From Dendrobates tinctorius (Eukaryota), in the NCBI RefSeq assembly GCF_039654945.1, contig NW_027361690.1, forward strand, positions 96,782,001 through 96,846,000: DNA of 64,000 nucleotides. Direction: 5' to 3'. Within the stretch, counting starts at the first letter, position 1. The number at the start of each line of letters is the position of its first letter. The notes beneath the pieces were generated by a model that ran no database searches, was not told where the DNA came from, and was given only the letters and a program-made list of their open reading frames with translations. Below, piece after piece: positions 61,900-64,000 of the stretch. The position numbers and the translations under genes were made by a program.

Positions 61900-63468
61900 A
61901 AGGGTTATCTATAACTGACTAACTGAAAAAAACCCTATTAAAATATAACTTTTATTAAGTACAAAAATAACAATATAAAATTGCACAGATGCCCCCTATT
62001 ATAAAGCCTAGTAAAAAATGGGCCATTGTATTGCTGGAAAGAGATAAGGTATAACAGTCAAACCAAATCTAACCAGCTCAATCTGCCAATCCAATCATGT
62101 GGTCAGAAAAATAAATCATAGCAGTAAAAACTGCACAATACTATTATAGCACAAAATCCTCAAAAAACGGGGAAATGGACATAAAGAAGATGTATAAAAA
62201 TTGATAATACGTTCTACCATCTGATAACAATTTCACTCAGCCGATGTGAAGAAAAGAGTGACCTGGCCCTATACAAAATGACTATCTGAACACCTACCTA
62301 GGTGCGGAGGTTGGCACCCTAAGAAATACGAAAATGGCGCCCCCGCTCGTGCGATGGCTATCCCTAATCTCCTATATCATCCTATAAGACGACAGATTGG
62401 AAACAGAGGGCCAGATGGCCTGTATCCATTTGCTTAGAATATCTTCATGAATGCAGTAAAGTAGATTTATACAATCATATATGTATGTGAGGAAAGGTAG
62501 AAAGTCCAGATAGTCTGAATAGATGCATAACACACACAGTAGAACCAGTTACATATAAATTTGTAGCAAATTATGCCCTTTCCCAAAACCACTATGTTAT
62601 GTATATGAAGTATATATAAAAATTGTCACATCAAGTACCCAGATAAAAAAACTGCCCATTAGACACAATGATGAATCAAATGGTAGGTAAACAGGAACGG
62701 CTTATCTGATAACAAATTGTCAGAAATCATGAAAGCAAACAAAGACACCACTGAATGTACCAGATTTTGAAGTCTCAGTGTAAATTAGTAGGGGTGCTAC
62801 AGCCACTCCAGATATCAGATATATATCGTACCCCTAGTTTAAATCACCAGATACTGACAACAAAATGCCCATTCATGGGAGAAAAAAACCCAAAAAAAAC
62901 CCAGTACTTATCTGTGAATATATACTCCTTCATAATGATATCCATAAGGTCCATGATAACATCATTCCTCAGATATAGTCTGCACACTCTCAACGCGTTT
63001 CCCCCTACTGCGGGTTCATCAGGAGAGATGCATATTGGTCAGAGCGGTCTGGCAGTGGAGACTAATCCAATTGATGAGGCTGCACCTGTAGCTTACCATT
63101 CCCCCTTATATAGCTGTATCACTCCCAGCATCCCCTGCTTTCAGACTAACGTCATCACCTGGTGCCACAACACTAGAAGCACAATGTATGTTTACCTGCA
63201 GATTGTGTCCTCACATTCTCACTGCGCATGTCCATTCAGTGTCAGACGCTAGAGGAGCCACATGATCAGCTCACAGCAATTGCTGCTCTCACACTGACGT
63301 CAGCACCTGCCCACACAGTGCTAGAGGCATACAGTATGTTTTCCTACCAATACCATTGTGTCCTCATTGTTTCATTGCGCATGTCCACTCAGCGTCTAGA
63401 TGCTGGGAGAGTCACATGATCAGGCTACAGTCACCACATTATCCTACATTGCACAGATACAGTGTAGT
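61900..63468 (-). mobile_element. Non-coding Penelope-type terminal region (promoter-like motifs, hammerhead, conserved stem-loop, AATAAA)
   Basis: Intact hammerhead at 62987-63027; no coding homology; boundaries approximate. Confidence 0.65.
62987..63027 (-). ncRNA. Type I minimal hammerhead ribozyme with intact core
   Basis: CTCTC CTGATGA A CCC GCAGTAG GGG GAAA CGCG TT GAGAG. Confidence 0.88.
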
Positions 63469-64000
63469 TGTGGCGCCCCTGAGGCTTCAGTCGCCACAGA
63501 GGTATTGCACCTTCTCCTAAGGTGTAGTGCCCCACCACCCAGGTAGGCTGGGAACTCCTTTCCGCATTCCAACACCTGCACCCCACACACAGGATAGTGT
63601 TCAGCATGGACCCATCCATGCTTTATGCTGGAAAGGTCATAGGGTGCCTTTTGTGGTCCCTGGCTTCGTAACACGAGAGGTGCTGGGAAGGCGGGTGGAG
63701 TTAGATATAAAAGAGAGGGAAGGTGTAGGATTTCAGATCAGTCTGACAGAAGGTCCCAGAGAGAGAGCAGGCTGACAGCAGGTCAGCCTGAGAGGAGCTC
63801 AAGGCGGTGGAAGGCAGTCAGTCAGGAGAGGCTGAGGACTGGTCTTAGTGGAACGAGCTCCTCAGGGAAGGTAGAGAAGGAGAAAGAGACGTAGACTGAA
63901 GACTACAGATTCCATAAGAGAGAACAGAACGGAACGAAGGAGAATAGAAAGACGGTGGGAAGCAGGTTGAGAAAGCGAGAGAGCCCTTCCAGTCCAGAGA
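63469..64000. repeat. LTR running off the right edge
   Basis: TGTGGCGCCCCTGAGG.TTCAGTCGCCACAGAGGTA terminus shared with the reverse complement of the 32700 end. Confidence 0.8.

Overview
Vertebrate genomic DNA, most likely anuran (frog), inferred from the repeat families present. It is almost entirely nested transposable elements, with no intact host gene, rRNA, tRNA or CRISPR array. The only host-derived sequence is a tandemly duplicated (~1.64 kb unit), pseudogenised 3-exon C-terminal piece of a PKC-delta-like AGC kinase gene on the - strand (27.9-52.6 kb). Inserted into or around it are: a DIRS1-type retrotransposon split into five pieces; an L1-clade LINE; Tf1/sushi-type Ty3/gypsy elements and several solo LTRs; six non-autonomous TTAA/CCCCTT-ended (piggyBac-type, Xenopus Tx1D-like) elements with ~375-390 bp internal tandem repeats and telomere-like tracts; two Penelope-like (RT + GIY-YIG) elements plus non-coding Penelope-type pieces with hammerhead ribozyme motifs; two Tc1 transposons; two L2 LINEs; a Harbinger-type MITE; and a hAT transposase fragment. 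Most junctions resolve to the base with target-site duplications (TSDs). RNA-level signals read directly from the sequence: self-priming PBS complementarity in two different LTR elements, a GGGAAC-type -1 frameshift site (GGGAAAC) with a 12-bp hairpin, a 2A-like GDISPNPGP peptide, and several hammerhead cores. The best novelty candidate is an unidentified conserved stem-loop motif downstream of the hammerhead in two otherwise dissimilar Penelope-type terminal regions. All coordinates were counted by eye and no database searches were run.
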